Assembly: GCA_019244185.1 (NCBI GenBank)
Contig: JAFATB010000014.1
Span: 1-64,000, forward strand
Direction: 5' to 3'
Source: Acidobacteriota bacterium
GTDB lineage: Bacteria > Acidobacteriota > Thermoanaerobaculia > Gp7-AA8
DNA: 64,000 nt
Part shown: positions 63,601 through 64,000 of the stretch, piece after piece
How positions within the stretch are numbered: position 1 is the stretch's first letter
Layout: each line of letters starts with the position of its first letter
The notes under the pieces: model-generated
Databases searched by the model: none
Told to the model about the DNA's origin: nothing
The model's input: the letters and a program-made list of their open reading frames with translations, nothing else
Position numbers and translations under genes: made by a program

Positions 63601-64000
63601 CCTCGCAGACCGTGACCGTCGGCGTCGTCGGCGACACTGACGTCGAAGCCAACGAGACCTTCACCCTCGATCTCTCCGCGCCCGCGGGCGCGACGATCGC
63701 GCGCGCACGTGGCACGGCCACGATCGTGAACGACGACTACGCGGCGCCGCCGTCAACGCTGCCGGCGCTTCGCATCAGCGACGTGCGCGTCGCGGAAGGC
63801 GATCGCGGTCTCAGCGACGCCACGATCGTGGTGACGCTCAGCGCGCCGAGCGCCACCGACGTCACCGCCGACTTCAGCACCGCCGACGGCACGGCGACCG
63901 CCGGCGTCGATTACGCCGCGACGTCCGGCTCGGTCGTCGTTCCCGCCGGCACGCTGTCGCGCGCGATTCACGTGCCGATCGTCGGCGACACCGCGGTCGA
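57630..64000 (+). CDS. Giant secreted surface protein: CSLREA domain, right-handed beta-helix, choice-of-anchor-Q-like region, at least 14 Calx-beta repeats (runs off the right edge)
   Basis: Manual translation: ...AAGAQA|ATITVNSIADNTTAGDAQCTLREAL; GGAIF/GGGIF-N repeats; LGPLQDNGGPT...SPVLDAG...TDQRG...DIGSLE; then EGNSG...V.Y.T.NGSA.AGSDY...SGTLTF...GD...E..ETF.V.LS...GTI.NDD. Start is CTG 57630 or GTG 57702. Absent from the ORF track. Confidence 0.93.
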   Translation, partial: MKPRDQRPSSQFDRRSAEIGARRSVLRDSKPSGSLAAAIAAGAVTLTAAGAQAATITVNSIADNTTAGDAQCTLREALANANANADTTGGDCVAGSGADTINLTALAGTITLGGTQLTISDSTTLTGPGASTLTIDAASNSRVFYIYNNATALTVSISGLTATRGRGATGGNIVAKGEIVTLNGVTLSGGVAATAGGGVANVGGSLTVRSSTISGNTVQGVVGGAAIYNVGGALTVDTSVITSNSASSLAARAGAIAILSTTQPASITNTQITNNTSVAKGAAFGVKTTAAGGTLTIDHSVITGNTATGRGGAFFLYRSGGAITLSHDQINNNTTQNRGGAIFLYNASANVTISDTTISGNTAPTAAGNGGGIFFYKGSAGTKLSIQRSTISGNSVNRAGGGIFFYKGSAQLEIEDSTIANNTAGTTGGGIFDRGPFGGTASIAIGESTITGNSAGTSGGNLSVTAVPMTIDNTIVANGTAPASPDMASGASNVTMNYSLLENTSGATFTGTGNITGVDPSLGPLQDNGGPTFTQRPNIGSPVLDAGDPSFTPPPSTDQRGLQRVYNGRIDIGSLEQGAMSSISFSTAGATISEGAGSVTVTVNRGSGEGTASVNYSTSNGTAQAGADYTATSGTLTWGSGDFTPKSFTIPILEEAIFEGNEFFNVTLSAPSNATLAAPAAETVTIADNDPQPALSINGVSQAEGNSGTTSFPFVVSLSNPSAQTVTVNYTTVNGTAIAGSDYTAQSGTLTFAPGTTVQTIPVSVLGDALNEASETFTVTLSSPTNATIATTTGTGTIGNDDPQPSLSIGSVAKAEGNSGSTSFVFPVTLSAPSGQTVTVAYATASGSATAGSDYTTTSGTLTFTPGTTAQNITVPVTGDTTNETNETFTVTLSAPTNATIGTATGTGTIDNDDAAPAVSVGDVTQAEGNSGSTSFVFPVTLSAASEQTVTVNYLTSDGSAVAGSDYTAASGTVTFAPGVTSQSISVAVVGDTTKEPSETFTVTLSAPSNAMLGTASATGTIVDDDSAPVLAIGNVSQAEGNSGTTTFSFPVTLSAPSGQTVTVSYATANGSAVAGSDYGATSGTLTFAPGVTSQTVNVPVTGDLTNEADETFTVTLSSSTNAAIATATGTGTIVNDDAPPLLSIDDASQPEGNSGSASMPFAVTLSTPSEQSITVNYTTSNGSAVAGSDYTATSGTLTFAPGATVQSINVPISGDTTAETNETFTVTLSAPSNAAIGDGNATGTIVNDDSGPVVSISGVSQAEGSGGTSAFTFNVTLSQASEETVTVNYLTSNGSAIAGSDYTAASGTLTFAPGVTSQTVTVTVIGDTTSEPDEMFSVMLSAPVNASVGTASATGTIVDDDTAPVLVIGNVSQSEGTGGSTTFTFPVSLSAPSGQTVTVHYATADGSAGAGSDYGATSGTLTFAPGVTTQTVDVPVTGDATNEANETFTVNLSASTNAAIATATGTGTIVNDDPVPSLSIAGTAQAEGNSGLTNMPFVVTLSAASEQTVTVNYLTNNGSAIAGSDYTATSGTLTFAPGVTSQTIDVPIAGDTTSETDETFTVTLGTPSNAAIAVSSATGTIVNDDAGPVLSIDSVSQAEGNSGTSNFTFNVTLSAPSERTITVQYATADGSATAGSDYVATSGTVAFAPGVTSQNVVIAVNGDTANEPAETFSVTLSSPVNATIGTASGSGTIVDDDGAPVLAIGNVSQAEGNSGTTTFSFPVTLSAPSGQTVTVQYATANGSAVAGSDYGATSGTLTFAPGVTSQNVDVPVTGDLANEGDETFTVTLSSSTNAAIATTTGTGTIVNDDGGPTVTIADASQAEGDSGSSNLSFAVTLSAPSEQTVTVSYATANGTATAGSDYTTTSGLLTFAPGVTAQTIDVPVIGDTNIEPDETLSLQLSGATNATIIRAQATGTILNDDGAVTPAISVSDVSVLEGSAGTTPATFTVTLSVPTTQTVTVHYTTTSGSAQAGADFAPTQGTLVFAPGTTSQTVTVGVVGDTDVEANETFTLDLSAPAGATIARARGTATIVNDDYAAPPSTLPALRISDVRVAEGDRGLSDATIVVTLSAPSATDVTADFSTADGTATAGVDYAATSGSVVVPAGTLSRAIHVPIVGDTAV
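59370..64000 (+). repeat. Intragenic 336-bp Calx-beta tandem repeats
   Basis: The SDY motif recurs every 336 bp from about 59850 to 63210; antisense shadow ORF ends at 59855, 60191, 60527 ... 63215 show the same period. Confidence 0.93.

Noticed and set aside
57723-63971. Series of minus-strand ORFs at 336-bp spacing and the 727/844-aa ORFs, resembling a repeated gene array
   Set aside because: Antisense shadows of the Calx-beta repeats of the single + strand giant gene.

Overview
High-GC bacterial chromosomal window; gene content and style suggest a diderm such as Acidobacteriota (inference only). Left to right it holds: a 3'-truncated carB that appears chimeric near position 2070; two small genes; a dcw cluster (mraZ-rsmH-ftsL-ftsI-murE-murF-mraY-murD-ftsW-murG-murC-ftsQ-ftsA-ftsZ, no murB or ddl) preceded by four phased GTGG boxes; and an 8-gene amino-sugar/sulfo/methyl surface-modification cluster. 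Next come a secreted tail-fibre-like protein, guaA, HU/IHF, Hsp15, and an AraC gene separated from a secreted hydrolase by a 64-bp palindromic tandem array. These are followed by the mreBCD-mrdA-rodA operon with an upstream FecR-like gene, PpiD, a thioesterase, rarA flanked by two palindromic elements, a PLP dehydratase, two large envelope proteins and a lipid kinase + dynamin-like pair. The best candidate for an undescribed system is at the right end: an Asp/Asn beta-hydroxylase-sulfotransferase-TIGR03032 triple fusion transcribed divergently from a giant (>2100 aa, truncated) CSLREA/beta-helix/Calx-beta surface protein. This pair may be a dedicated protein hydroxylation-sulfation system. No tRNA, rRNA, CRISPR array or transposase was recognised.
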